Source: Hyaloraphidium curvatum SAG 235-1
Taxonomy: Eukaryota > Fungi > Monoblepharomycota
Direction of reading: 5' to 3'
Length of the DNA stretch: 64,000 nt
NCBI GenBank assembly: GCA_025558095.1
Contig: JAIVFI010000019.1
Location: 620,001-684,000, forward strand
The position numbers were made by a program, and so were the translations under genes. A model generated the notes under the pieces. The model saw only the letters and a list, made by a program, of their open reading frames with translations. It did not search any database and had not been told where the DNA came from. Every line of letters begins with the position of its first letter. Positions within the stretch are counted from its first letter, which is position 1. This document shows, one piece after another, positions 45,749-56,713 of this stretch.

Positions 45749-46585
45749 CTACACAGCGGGCTCCGAGTGCCGGCGCAGGTGGGGCCCGGGGGCGGGAGAG
45801 GCAAGGGAATGGTGCAATGCAGTTGCTTGTCCGGCAGTGCACAGGTGCGATCCGCGGTCGATATCTGCTGGGAGGGATGCGTAGATCACGGGAGGACCGG
45901 ATCTGCCCGGAGGGGAGGGAACGTCCGAGTCGGGTGAGGAGTCGTCGTCCCTGTGCTCTTGCTCCGGGTGCGTGCGAAGTGGGATGATGAGCACGCGGGG
46001 CGAGGGCTCGGAACGGCGTCTCGGTGGGGAGGGCGGGTCGTGCCGGTGGCCGTGTTGATGGTGGTGCTTCGGGGCCGAAGGAGGGGCGTCAGGCCTCTCC
46101 AGGTATATCGGCTGGTCATGGAGTGGTTCAGGATCACGTGGCGTCCGGTAAAAAGCCTGCATGGACGCGGCGACCGCACAGGGCGGCGGCCCCGGTGGCA
46201 GGTCCTGCCCGTGCCCGGCCCCGCCGTGGTGGCCGTGCCGCCCCGGGTGCTTTTCGGAATCAGACGTGCGGTGCGGTGATGCGCCTGGCACGGCGGCGCC
46301 GGCCGCGTCCGGCGGCAGAGGGAGTCCGGCCACGTGAATCCCCGCCGGTGACCCCGCCGGCGCCCGAACCGCCGCCCCGCCCCCCGCCGCGTCCTCTGGT
46401 GCGATCTCCGCGTCACCCAGCGCGGCCAAGGATTCTTCGACCGGCGCCGGGCCCCGTTTGCTGTCCTCTCCTCCCTGCCGCGGCACGAGCTCCCTGACCC
46501 AGGCAGCGTCCCTCAGTCTTGACCACGCCCCTGGATCCGACGCCCGCCTCGTCCCGGGCCCCGGCGGCGCCAGAAGATTGTCCAT
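45749..46585 (-). CDS. Orphan disordered protein B (shared N-terminal motif family)
   Basis: MDNLLAPPGPGTRRASDPGAWSRLRDAAWVRELVP; further RRRSEP and RRHSEP. Confidence 0.55.
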   Translation of the reverse strand: MDNLLAPPGPGTRRASDPGAWSRLRDAAWVRELVPRQGGEDSKRGPAPVEESLAALGDAEIAPEDAAGGGAAVRAPAGSPAGIHVAGLPLPPDAAGAAVPGASPHRTSDSEKHPGRHGHHGGAGHGQDLPPGPPPCAVAASMQAFYRTPRDPEPLHDQPIYLERPDAPPSAPKHHHQHGHRHDPPSPPRRRSEPSPRVLIIPLRTHPEQEHRDDDSSPDSDVPSPPGRSGPPVIYASLPADIDRGSHLCTAGQATALHHSLASPAPGPHLRRHSEPAV

Positions 46586-47227
46586 TGCTCCTGGTTTCGG
46601 GCGCCTCTCAACCTCGCGTGTTGGGGGACGAGGGAGCGCTTCCCTCCAAAACCCCTCAGGCTCCTGACTGTGGCCTCCCTCCCCCGAGGACCCCGGCCCA
46701 GCCATCCCAGCAACCCGCCCCTCAGCACATCGCTCACCACCGCCGTGCACAAATTTGGCCCAGCGATGAGGGAGTCTTCTATCGTCTTGCTTGCGTCCGG
46801 TCCCCGTGCTCAGGGGAGCCGAATAGCAGGGCCCGATCCCCGTTCCCAAATGACTCACATCCGTGCCGCTCCTTCCTTTGTTTGCCCAAGGGAGGTGCGG
46901 TAGTGGACGCTTGCGAAGGGTGCGGGGAAGGTGCTGGACAACGATCCGGGGTACATCTGGCTGACGGAGGGAAGGATGGTGTTCGAGACGGCCGGATCGG
47001 TGTTTTCGGTCAATCTGCTGTAACCTTTTGAAAACATAAGCATCAAGGTTCCGTCGGGTCTGGGGGACCAGGATGATGGAATATGGGTCTCTCGGATGCC
47101 CAGATCGTGTTTGTGCTCGGATTACACGGTGGCGCGCCTGCGCACCGCCGGATGCTACTCATCGATGCCCTACAGCGGATGCCCAGATTTCAGCTTTCCA
47201 GCCTCCTCCCTCCCTCTTCACCTCCGC

Positions 47228-47995
47228 TCATGCCGCCACCTCCCTCCCTCCCCAGTACCCCCTCAGATCCTCCCCCCCGTCGCCGCACACGGCCGTGTAC
47301 GCCCGCAGCCCCGGGCCGACCTTGCCGTGCAGATCCCCGCGGAGCGATTCGAGCCCCTCGCGGAGGATGCGCTCGCACTCTGCGGGCGGGTACCCCCGCG
47401 CGTAGTCCGCTACAGCCCACGTCTCGCGCACCTCGACGGCCCCCAGGAAGCGCACCCGCTTGCGGGGTTTCGCCGCGCCTGGGAGGGCGGGGACGGCGCC
47501 CGAGGGGCGGCGCAGACGGGCGGCGGCGCGGGCGCAGGGGAAGGAGGCCGATGCGCGGGCGGGGAAGGAGGCGTCGGGCGTCGCGGAGGGCCCGCGGGGG
47601 TGCGGGAAGGGCGAGGCGGGGGAGGAGGACAGGGAGGAGATGGAGGGCGCGGCGGCGGGGAAGAGCGGCGAGTCGAGGGTCGAGTCCGACGCGGAGGGCG
47701 ACGGCGGGTGCGTGTCCAGGGGCGGCGGCGGGGCCTTTGCCCGGTAGCGCGCGAGCCCGGCCGCGGGGCCGTCGCCGCCGAGCGTCGCGTCCGAGTCTAG
47801 CGAGTCCGAGCGCACCTTTCCGAACGGCGGCTCGCCATGCCCGGCGGCCGCGAGCGCGGCGTCTGCGCTGGCCCTGCGCGGCATGAGGTCCCGCACGAAC
47901 TGCATGTCCCGCGGCCAGGCGGCGCCCGCCCCGACGCACGGGTCGGAGCGGCGCCGCGGGATGGCGAACGCGGGGCCGCGGTCGGGGAACTGCAT
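47228..47995 (-). CDS. Orphan protein C, putative PP1-interacting (RVxF) protein
   Basis: RRRSDPCVGAGAAWPRDMQFVRDLMP; KRVRFLGAVEVRETWAVADYAR. Confidence 0.65.
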   Translation of the reverse strand: MQFPDRGPAFAIPRRRSDPCVGAGAAWPRDMQFVRDLMPRRASADAALAAAGHGEPPFGKVRSDSLDSDATLGGDGPAAGLARYRAKAPPPPLDTHPPSPSASDSTLDSPLFPAAAPSISSLSSSPASPFPHPRGPSATPDASFPARASASFPCARAAARLRRPSGAVPALPGAAKPRKRVRFLGAVEVRETWAVADYARGYPPAECERILREGLESLRGDLHGKVGPGLRAYTAVCGDGGEDLRGYWGGREVAA

Positions 47996-48728
47996 CGTGC
48001 TTCGTGGTAACTGCTGCGTGATGTTCTGCTTGTCTGTGTTGGAGGTGTGTCCTGCGGCGGAGCTGACGTCCGGCGAGCCTAATCGCTGCGTCCCTGGATC
48101 CTCCTCGGTTAGTCACCGTCGACGTCATGCGAGGGAACGCCGTGGCCGTCGCCCATACGACGCATCTTCTGATCTCCATGTCCTCGTGACGGACATCTAA
48201 CATTGACCCGCGCCTTTCCCGCCTCTTGGCCCCACCCCCGGAGTTTTTCTCCGACGGTCACGCGCCCATCGAAAGACCCACCCTTTTGACTCGATCCCAA
48301 ACCGCTGCAAGCCCCCCCGTGCCCGGGGATCGCCCGCACGCCCCGTCCCCTCCATCTACCAGGTTCGGATCCCCGCCTCCCCTTTCCCGCCCCCGGCGTT
48401 CCCGCGCCCGGCCGACGCAGCGGGAACGCCACACCCGCATCCGGAGCGGGACCCCATGCGGTCCCTCGCTTCGCGGGCCCTCGGGATTCCCATCCCCCGG
48501 GGAGCGGGCAAGCGGCGTTCGAGGAATCGGCGGGGCGGGATGCCATCGGGTCGATGGTGGGGCGAATCCGGTGGGACGGTCCGTGCGGGCCGGCGCGAAT
48601 GAGCCCCCGAGTCGGCCGGTCGGTGGCAAGTCCCTCGGGCGCGCTTCGGCCGCACGCGACGATGCTCGTGGACCGGGGGCGATGGATGAGTGCGGGCCCA
48701 TGTAGGCGAGGCGCAGGCAGCACGTTCG

Positions 48729-49927
48729 CTACGTCCACAGGCTGAAATCCGCCAGCTCCATCTCCCCCTTTGCCCTGTCCGGCCTCTCCGTCCCCGGCTT
48801 CCCCTCCGGCGGCTGCTCCCACTCCTCGTACGACGGGTAAGCCTGCACCTTGGGATCGAACCCCCACCCCCACACCCCGTCCCTCAAAACGAGGCTCCTG
48901 ATCCCGCGCTCCCCGAGCAGGTGGCTCGCCCACCCGGCCCGCCTGTGGGTCCTGCAGTGGATCACCAGCGGCTTCCCGCCGTGCCGCACGGCGCCCCAAT
49001 CCACCCCCGTCCGCTCCTCCAGCCTGTCCCACCCCCCGGGCCCCTCGGCATCGGCGAGGGCCTGGGGCAGCTCGTCGACGGGGATCCAGCCCCCGTGCGG
49101 GTCGATGGAGCCGAACCGGTCGCGCTCGTCGCCGCGGCGGACGTCGAGGATCTCGGCGCGGGATTGCGACAGGAGGAGGGAGAGCGCGTCGCGGGAGAGG
49201 TACCGCGGGGGGAGGGGGACGAGGGCGGGGTGGGGGATGGTGGGGAGGAGGACGGGGGTGGTGACGGAGGGGTTTTGGGGGATGCCTGGAAAGGGGTGTG
49301 GGGTCAGAGGGAGGGGAAGGAGGGGAGCAGCGTGGGGGGCGGACCTGCCGACGCGGCTTCCCGCTGCATCTGTTCCCGCAGCATGGCCGCTTCCTCGAGC
49401 GATAGGTGTGACGCTGATGGCGACAGAATAAAGGGCTGAAGAAGGGCCGGGACCGCGAATCAGCTCGGCCTCGATCGCGCCGCCCGCGTCCGGCAACCCA
49501 CGTCGAAGGCGGCCAGCCCCCCCTCCAGCACCACGATCTTCTGGAACCCGAACCACCGCAGCATATCCACGACGCCTTTCGTCTGCGCCTCGGTCCCCGC
49601 GATGGTCAGCACCACGACCAGGTGCGTCTTCCTCGCGTCCCTCCTCGGGTTGTCCGGATCCGCGTGGAAGTGCGACTGCAGGAAGCCCAGCAGCGCGGTC
49701 TCGTCCTTGCCCACCAGGGGCACGCGGCAGTACTCGGTGGTCCCGGGGCGCTCGAACGGCAGCGGCGGGGGCGCCTCCTCGGCCACGTCGTCGAACGGCA
49801 GCGCGTCGGGGTCCGCGGGCGGCCGCACGTCGAGCAGCATGTGCGGCGTCGGGTCGAGCTGCATCAGCAGCAGCAGCGCCGCGGGGGTGATGGTCGCCGT
49901 GCGGCGCGGCGCCGTGCGCGACGACAT
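48729..49927 (-). CDS. Tandem rhodanese-domain protein (2 introns)
   Basis: LLDVR..GFQKIVVLEGG (domain 1, no catalytic Cys) and ILDVR..VIHCRTHRRA..LRDGVWGW (domain 2). Confidence 0.8.
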
Positions 49928-50213
49928 CGCGGGAAGGCGGGGGACGGGCCGGGGAGGTTCCGCGCCGGGAGCCGGCGTCCGGGCTTAAGTTGGGGTCTAA
50001 GAAGGCAGGCAGCGGAAGGGCGGCCCGCTAAAGGGACAGGCAAGGCTGCGCTCGGGAGGTGGTTACGGGAATGGCGCGACCCGCGTCTCCCGCCGGCGCA
50101 ACGCCGCCGGGCCGACTGCGGCGACGAAACTTCCCCGCTTCCATCCTCGAAACGGGCCTCCAACTCCCGAACTCTCCCAAAGGGCAGCATACAGGCGACA
50201 TCTATCGGTCCAA

Positions 50214-51911
50214 TCACATCTTGGGCGGCTCCGGCCGCGCCCGCAGCACCACCGTGGCCCTCGTGTCGGCGTCGGGCGTCCACCCGCGCAGCAGGTCGTG
50301 CACGAGGTCGATCCGGTCCTGGCCCCACGCGATCTCGGAGCCGACCTGGAAGGTGGGGAATCTGCCGTGCTGTCAGCGCCGCTTCGCTGGCGAACAGCGG
50401 CAACGGGAAGAGACCCACCCGCACCCTCCGATCCTGATGAACTCGGCCGTGTTCTCCCTCAGCATCCCCTCGCACACACCCCCCTCGTTCGCCCTGTCCA
50501 CCAGCGCCTTCCCATCGAGCCCTTTGGCGTCCAAATGCCCCGCCAGCTTCCCCACGTCCGAAACGTCCACGTCGTCCGCCCACACCGCCTTGAACAGCAG
50601 GTCGACGAGCTCCCACACGGCATCGCCCGGGCGCGCCTGGTCGGACCCGGCGGCGCGGATGGCGGAGAGGGCGATCCGCAGGGCTTGGGGGGTACGCACG
50701 GGGAAGTGGCTGTTGAACCTGAAGGGCACGGTTTCGGTGCGGCCGTCGGGGTAGGGGAGGTGGCTCTGCGCGGTAGGGACGGGAAAGTAGTTAGCGAAGG
50801 CAGCGGCGGGCGAGGGAGGGAACGGGTACCCAGTAGCGGACCCAGTTCTGCAGGTCGATGCCCTGCAGCTTGCGCTTGGCGGGGGAGGTGACGGCCGACG
50901 GCACCACGGGGGTGCTGGCGAGGGCAGGGTAAGACGACAGGGCACCCCGGTCCAGCACATCGGACGAACCCGATGCTCTTGAAGACGATGCCGAGGAGGG
51001 TCGGCTTGAGGCTGACCGTGAGGCCGGGGCCGGCCTCCTCCATGATCCGCTTGACCTGCGTCCAGCCGAGGTAGGTCCAGGGGCTGTCGGCGGCACGCGG
51101 GTTCAAGATGAGGGACAAAGCAGACGCCCGATTCGGCCCACCTCGAGAAATCGAACCAGAAGGTCATGTGCTGCCTCCCCTCGATCGGCTTCCTCGGCAT
51201 CACCGTCTCCTGCACCGCGCTGATCGGCACCGGCACCTTGTCCCCCGGCTGCCTGGCCTCCTCCACCGCCCCCGCGACAAAGTGGAACCTGTCCCCGCCC
51301 CAGAACATCCTCCCCGCGCCGTCGAACCTTGTGTCGGGCACGAAGCAGTCCGGCACACCCACCGCGCCCAGCCGGACAAAGTAGTCGGTGGTGGTGCGCA
51401 GCGCGCCCTTGTACGTGTCGGAGACGTCGACGATGTAGTGCAGCTCCTCGGGCTTAAGGGCCTTCCACGGGAACGTGGCGTTGTACGCGCCCAGGAGCAC
51501 CTCCTGCGACGCCACGTCGAGGTTGTCGATCCAGTACGCCCTGAAGAGCGCGTGGAACAGCGCCGCCCTCTCCTTCTGCGAGACCACCGAGTGCAGAAGC
51601 CTCAGCGCCCGCACGCTCCTCACGGGGTGCTTGGGATGGAACTTCAGGTCCACGCCCCACCGCTTGGCGGTGCGGTACAGCTCCCGCGATTCGTAGCGCT
51701 GCTTCTGCGGCGCGTTGAGGTCCGACGCCGAGCCGTCCTTGCCCTGGGGCGCGCGGATCTGCCGGTAGATGCCGCCAAGCAGGGTCGGGTGCCATTCCAG
51801 TTCGGCGCCAGTGGAGGCGGCGAGCGCCTCGATGCGCTTCGAGGCGATGTAGGCCCAGGGGCACACGACGTCGGCGGCGAACTGGATCGAGGGGGTGCGG
51901 GGGGCCGCCAT
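50214..51911 (-). CDS. Tandem DsbA-like/HCCA isomerase (GST-kappa family) protein
   Basis: DVVCPWAYIA..GAVGVP..FWGGDR, then FWFDFS/SPWTYL..PTFQV..WGQDR. Confidence 0.9.
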
Positions 51912-52212
51912 CGCGGTGTCTCCCGTTTCCGGAGGATGCGGCGTCTGGGGGGCGGGGCGCGGCCGAATTGCGGTTCGGAAGGCGATGGGGGAGATTGCAG
52001 AAGGCGAAAGACGCGACTGCGCGACGGCAGCGACCCGGAAGAAGAGGGAAAGCGCGGTTTCGGGAGGACGGATCTTCCCGACTCCCGGCCCCGCGCGGCG
52101 TTGCGCACCTGGGCCGCCAAGAGCACCGTCACCGCACCAATCGGCCGCGATCCCGACATTCCGGACGCCGTTCTATCTCCTACGGCTCATCGCATCCCCC
52201 TCTCCGTCCCCC

Positions 52213-52600
52213 ATGGCCTCCCACCCCAAGGAGGAGCTCTTCTCCCTCCCCGGCGTGCACCCCGGCTCCTCCGTCCTCCGCGTCGGCTCGGGCCCGGGCA
52301 CCGCCGTCTTCCGCGTGCACCAGCACATCATCAAGACCGTTTCGACGAAACTGGGGAGGAAGCTTTCCGACGGCACCGGCGCCGCGGTGGGATCGCTCCG
52401 CCCGACAATTCGGGCACGCGCTGACGTGGCCCCGCGATGCGCGAAGATCGATCTGCCCGGGATCTCGAGCTCTTCCGCACTTTCCTGCCTTTGTTCTACC
52501 CGGAGACTGGGTGAGGGAGGCGGAGACGGCGCCGCTGATGGGTCTGGCGGAGGCGTGGTGTGTCGAGACCTAGAGGGAGGCGATCGCGCTCGCGCACGGA
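52213..52600 (+). pseudogene. BTB/POZ-like gene remnant
   Basis: VLRVG...FRVHQHII..VS, then DLELFRTFLPLFYP and LMGLAEAWCVET* in different frames. Confidence 0.5.
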
Positions 52601-52827
52601 GTGGCCGAGGACGGCGTGGGAAGAGACGCATGGACCGGACGGTAATAAGGCGGCAGTAGAGCACCCAAAATGTGATTCTACTGCGGTGTCCAGTCTATCC
52701 CCAGCGCTGCTGTTTTTCACCCCGTGTCGGAACCCGCTCTTTCCCTCCCAAAATCCCCGAAACCCCGTGCCAAGCACCCCGCAAGACGTCGAACAATTCC
52801 CCCCATGCATCTAGATCCCGCCGCTGA

Positions 52828-53707
52828 TCACTGGCTGGGCTTGCCGTTGCTGTCGAACTCGTGCACGCGGTGCTCCTTGGCATCGACGTAGCCGTGCTTG
52901 GCGCCGCGGACGGCCGCGCTGGTCTGCGCCTCGAGCTCCTTCTCGGCCTGCGATGCAAGTAAGGGGAGGAGGAGGGAAGTCAGATGCGCGATCAGCGGGT
53001 GATCATGCGGAGATCTCGACGCACCAAGCCCAGGGCCCTCATCAGCCTGTTCCACGCCAGCGGCAGCCCCCTGGTAACGGTCAACCACCCCAGCACCGGC
53101 CCCCACACGCTTCCCACGACCATCCCCACGGCAGCAAGCCCGATCAGCATGCCGACGGCGCCGACGAGGAGCAGCGGGATCTCGGCGGCGCCGACGGCGA
53201 GCGAGGCGGCGAGGCCGAGGGCGGAGAGGGTGGCCAGGGACCAGCCGGCGAAGAGCAGGGGAGGGAGGAGGAAGGCGAGGAGGGAGGCGAGGAGGGCGGT
53301 GCGGAGGTACGGGCGGGAGGAGAAGTAGTCGCGGACGCGGGGCCAGACGGTGGTGCTGACGGTGTTGCTGCGAAGGGAGGAAGGAGGGAGGTCAGAATCG
53401 CCCATGCGGAGACCACCGAACGACGGCCGGAGACGGGAGATCATCGCATCGGGCCATCGGACGGCAGATTTCCGGCCCCGGCCTCCACGCTGCCCGACAC
53501 CCACGCGACGTCCTTGACCCTGTCCTTCCCGCCGTAGAGCCCCCTGACCGCCCTGCGCTTGGCCCTCTCGCTGGCGTCCTCGGCCGTCTCGGGCAGGTTC
53601 TGGATGGCGTCGACGACCTTGGCCGTGACCTTGTAGGCGGCTTCCTCGGTCCTGCGCTCCCTCTCAGGGCGGGTCGCGTCGACGCGGTCGAGGACAGCGG
53701 TGGACAT
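52828..53707 (-). CDS. Promethin/LDAF1-like lipid-droplet membrane protein
   Basis: YFSSRPYLRTALL..PPLLFAGW followed by a ~70-aa uninterrupted hydrophobic hairpin; 2 introns. Confidence 0.65.
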
Positions 53708-54029
53708 GGCGGCGGCGGTGCGGTGCGGTTGGAGCAGGGCGGAGAGTGGCAGCGGAATGGAATGGAGTGATGGAGCGGCGAGTCGTCGGGCCGAGTCGGC
53801 CTTTTGAATGCCGGCACAGCCGCAAGCTCGTGTTCGGCGGCGCACAGTCACCTCTCTCCAAGATTCCCGCCGCGAGGCCCCCCAATTCCCGCCGGAAAGC
53901 ATATGAAAATCTGGAAACGCATGAGAGAGGAGCATGGAAGTCCGAGTATTTCTCAAGCTACGTTTCCAAGCGTCGGACAAGGAAGATGTGTCGCGAAAGT
54001 GGCCGCACCGAGAAGCCCCGATCCCAGTC

Positions 54030-55307
54030 TCACTCGGGCTTCCGGCCCTCCGATCCGGCACCCAGAGGCTTCAGGCCCTTCCACTCCGGCTTCCTCTTGC
54101 CCAAGAACGCTGCGGCGCCTTCCGCGACGTTGGGCCCGCGCACCATGGCGTGGACCTCGGGGAGCGTGCGGAAGAGGCGGTTGGTTTCTGCCTCCGGGCA
54201 ACCAAGAACGAAAGAGACGACGAATCAGTCACGCTACTCTTTGGTGAAGCGGATCGAAGCGTACCTTGCCACCCTTTCTCCATCCCGAGCCTGGCAACGG
54301 CCTTGGTCGCCCGCACGCTGTCCGGCGAGTTGGAGGCAATCTCGGAAGCCAGCTCCACGGCCCTCCTTTCGAGGTCCTGCGGAAACAAGACAGTCGACCA
54401 ATCGCTCAGTTGATCTTAAGCTCTGGGCCCACCTCACGTCCGACGACCTCCTGCACGATCCCGAGCGCTTTGGCCTCGTCCGCGAAACTGGTGCGGCCGG
54501 TGAGCAGGAGGTGCATGGCAGTGTGGTAGCCGATGATCTTTGGGAGCACCTGGCAGGCTCCTGTCCGTTGACCACATGTGGATGGCACGTCAGATCGAAA
54601 AGCAGTCAGACCCCACCGCAAAGTCGACGGACCTCCCAAAGCTGCGAGTCCGACCTTGACCTCCCTTGCGGAGAACTTCGCGTCCTCGGAGGCGAGCACG
54701 ATGTCGCAGGCGAGGGCGAGCTCGAAGCCGCCGCCGAACGCGGCGCCGTTCACGGCGGCGATGATCGGCTGTCCGATATACCCGGCGGAGTTGGACGCGA
54801 CCAATGAGATGATGCCGCGTTCACCAAAGCTGCATAGATCGGACCTTGTTCAGATCGCTCCGGAAGGTGAGCCCACCGAATCCGTTCGCCCGGAGATCCT
54901 CGGGTCCGCTCTTCGAAAGCTGGTCCCGTTGCGGAACAGGATAAGTCAGGATATTCGACTCGCTCAAAGAGGCTCCCCACCTCCTTGAGATCCAGTCCAG
55001 CGCAGAAGGCCTTGCCCGTCCCTGCTCCACCACGTCAACGCCTCTTCCGAAAGCCCTTCCGGCGCACGCCCTTCCCACCGGTCAAGACCGCGACCCAGAC
55101 CTCATCATCCTCCTTGAACGCCTCCCAAACACCCCCCAGCTCCTCCTGAGTGGCGCGGTCCAGAGCGTTGGCGGCCTCGGGACGGTCGATGCGGACGAGG
55201 AGCACGTGCGGGGCGGGGAGGGAGAGGCGCACATGACGTTGCGGAAGGGAGGAGAATGAGATGGGGAGGGAGTTGGAAGGAGGCGCGGATTCGTTGCTGG
55301 AGAGCAT
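54030..55307 (-). CDS. Enoyl-CoA hydratase/crotonase family protein (multi-exon)
   Basis: IDRPEAANAL, KAFCAGLDLKE, PIIAAVNGAAFGGGFELALACDI, EVKVGL, EGAAAFLGKRKPEW. Confidence 0.92.
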
Positions 55308-55801
55308 GACGGGGAGGAGTTTGTGATTCGAGCAGTGGGGGACGAGTCATCGGTGGATCAAACGTCGAGAGTGACGCCAGGATGGAGCACACCTAAATGC
55401 CACAAGCCCGTCAATTCCAACCACGTGGGAGACGTCGGACCTACCTCCGCTCCCCTCGGCGCGGGCGGAGGACGGCGCGCGCTGGGAGAAGGATTTCGAC
55501 ACGCGCGAGTTTGCCGTCGCGTCGCGCCGCGCCACCGAATCGCTCGTCCGCGACGAGGCCTGGAAGGCCGCGCGTGTTCGGCCAGCGGGTGCGCAATGTG
55601 GCGATTTCCACGCTTCCGGGGCGCTCGTTCTGCTGTGCACGCTGGTGACTTGACGGCTTTCTGGATTGGAACCGGCCGTAGCTTTCGCACCGCTTTTTCC
55701 GGTACAAGGAAGGGGCTCCAGTTGCCGGTCCTCCGGAGCACATCAAGGCAGCAATTGCGCTTGGGATCTTCCGCACGACGTACCCCGCCCTGCGCCGCGC
55801 C

Positions 55802-56490
55802 GTGACGGGCGCGGCCCGCAGGCTCCAAAACGCACCCTTTGATCCGGGTACCGAATGCGCAAGGGGGCTCCGCTGGGTTCTCGAAGAAGCCACCCGGGCC
55901 TTTGTGATTATTTCGCGCATGGCAGAGTGCTCCTCGGCGGTGCGGAGCAGGCTCGCAGATGATCCTGGGATCACGGAAGCCGCGGCCCAGCTCGCCGTCC
56001 GTGTATTCGAGGGCAGCCCGGGCAGGATCACGCACAGGATCAGCGACGGCTTCATCGTTCCCGGAAAGAGCGACGGCATGGCCTTCCTCCACGCAGCATG
56101 TCGCTTCGCGAGTCTGACTCTGAGGCTTTCCGCCGCTCGCCTCCCGGAGCCATCAGAGGACTCTTCATGTGCACCGCCAAGGTCCGCACAGCGCTGACGG
56201 AACTATACCCCGGCTTCTACGATCTGTTCTGGGTCTTCTATCGCGGCCTGGAGGGCAGCGGGCAGCCCTGGCCCGCCCACGCGCAAACCTTGCGCCACCG
56301 GTTGCGAGCGGTTGGCCGGCACGCCGACCACTGCGACTCCTGCAACGCCGAGGCTTCGGAGCACCTGCGCCTCAAGCGCTGCGCCCGGTGCAAGGTCGCT
56401 CGGTACTGCTCGAGGGAGTGCCAGGCCGCTGCGTGGAAGGCGGTGCACAAGAAGGACTGCCGGGCGCCGGATGCCACGGAGGAGGAGTGA
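55802..56490 (+). CDS. MYND zinc-finger protein (5' structure uncertain, possibly degraded)
   Basis: CDSC...LKRCARCKVARYCSRECQAAAWKAVHKKDC. Confidence 0.7.
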
Positions 56491-56713
56491 GCCATTCGGA
56501 TGATGGGTCTATATGCGAATCGATATTGTTCTTATTGTAGATTGTTGTTGCCGATCGAATCAGGATCTCGACGGACTCTTGCTTTGCCACCCACTCGTGC
56601 CGCACTTCCTGATCGGGGCGGATAACCGCGGAGCGACGCGAGCAACCCGTGCATGTTTCGGCACCCAACTCGTACACGATCCCATGTTTTTCCCCCATCC
56701 AACCGCGCCGCAA

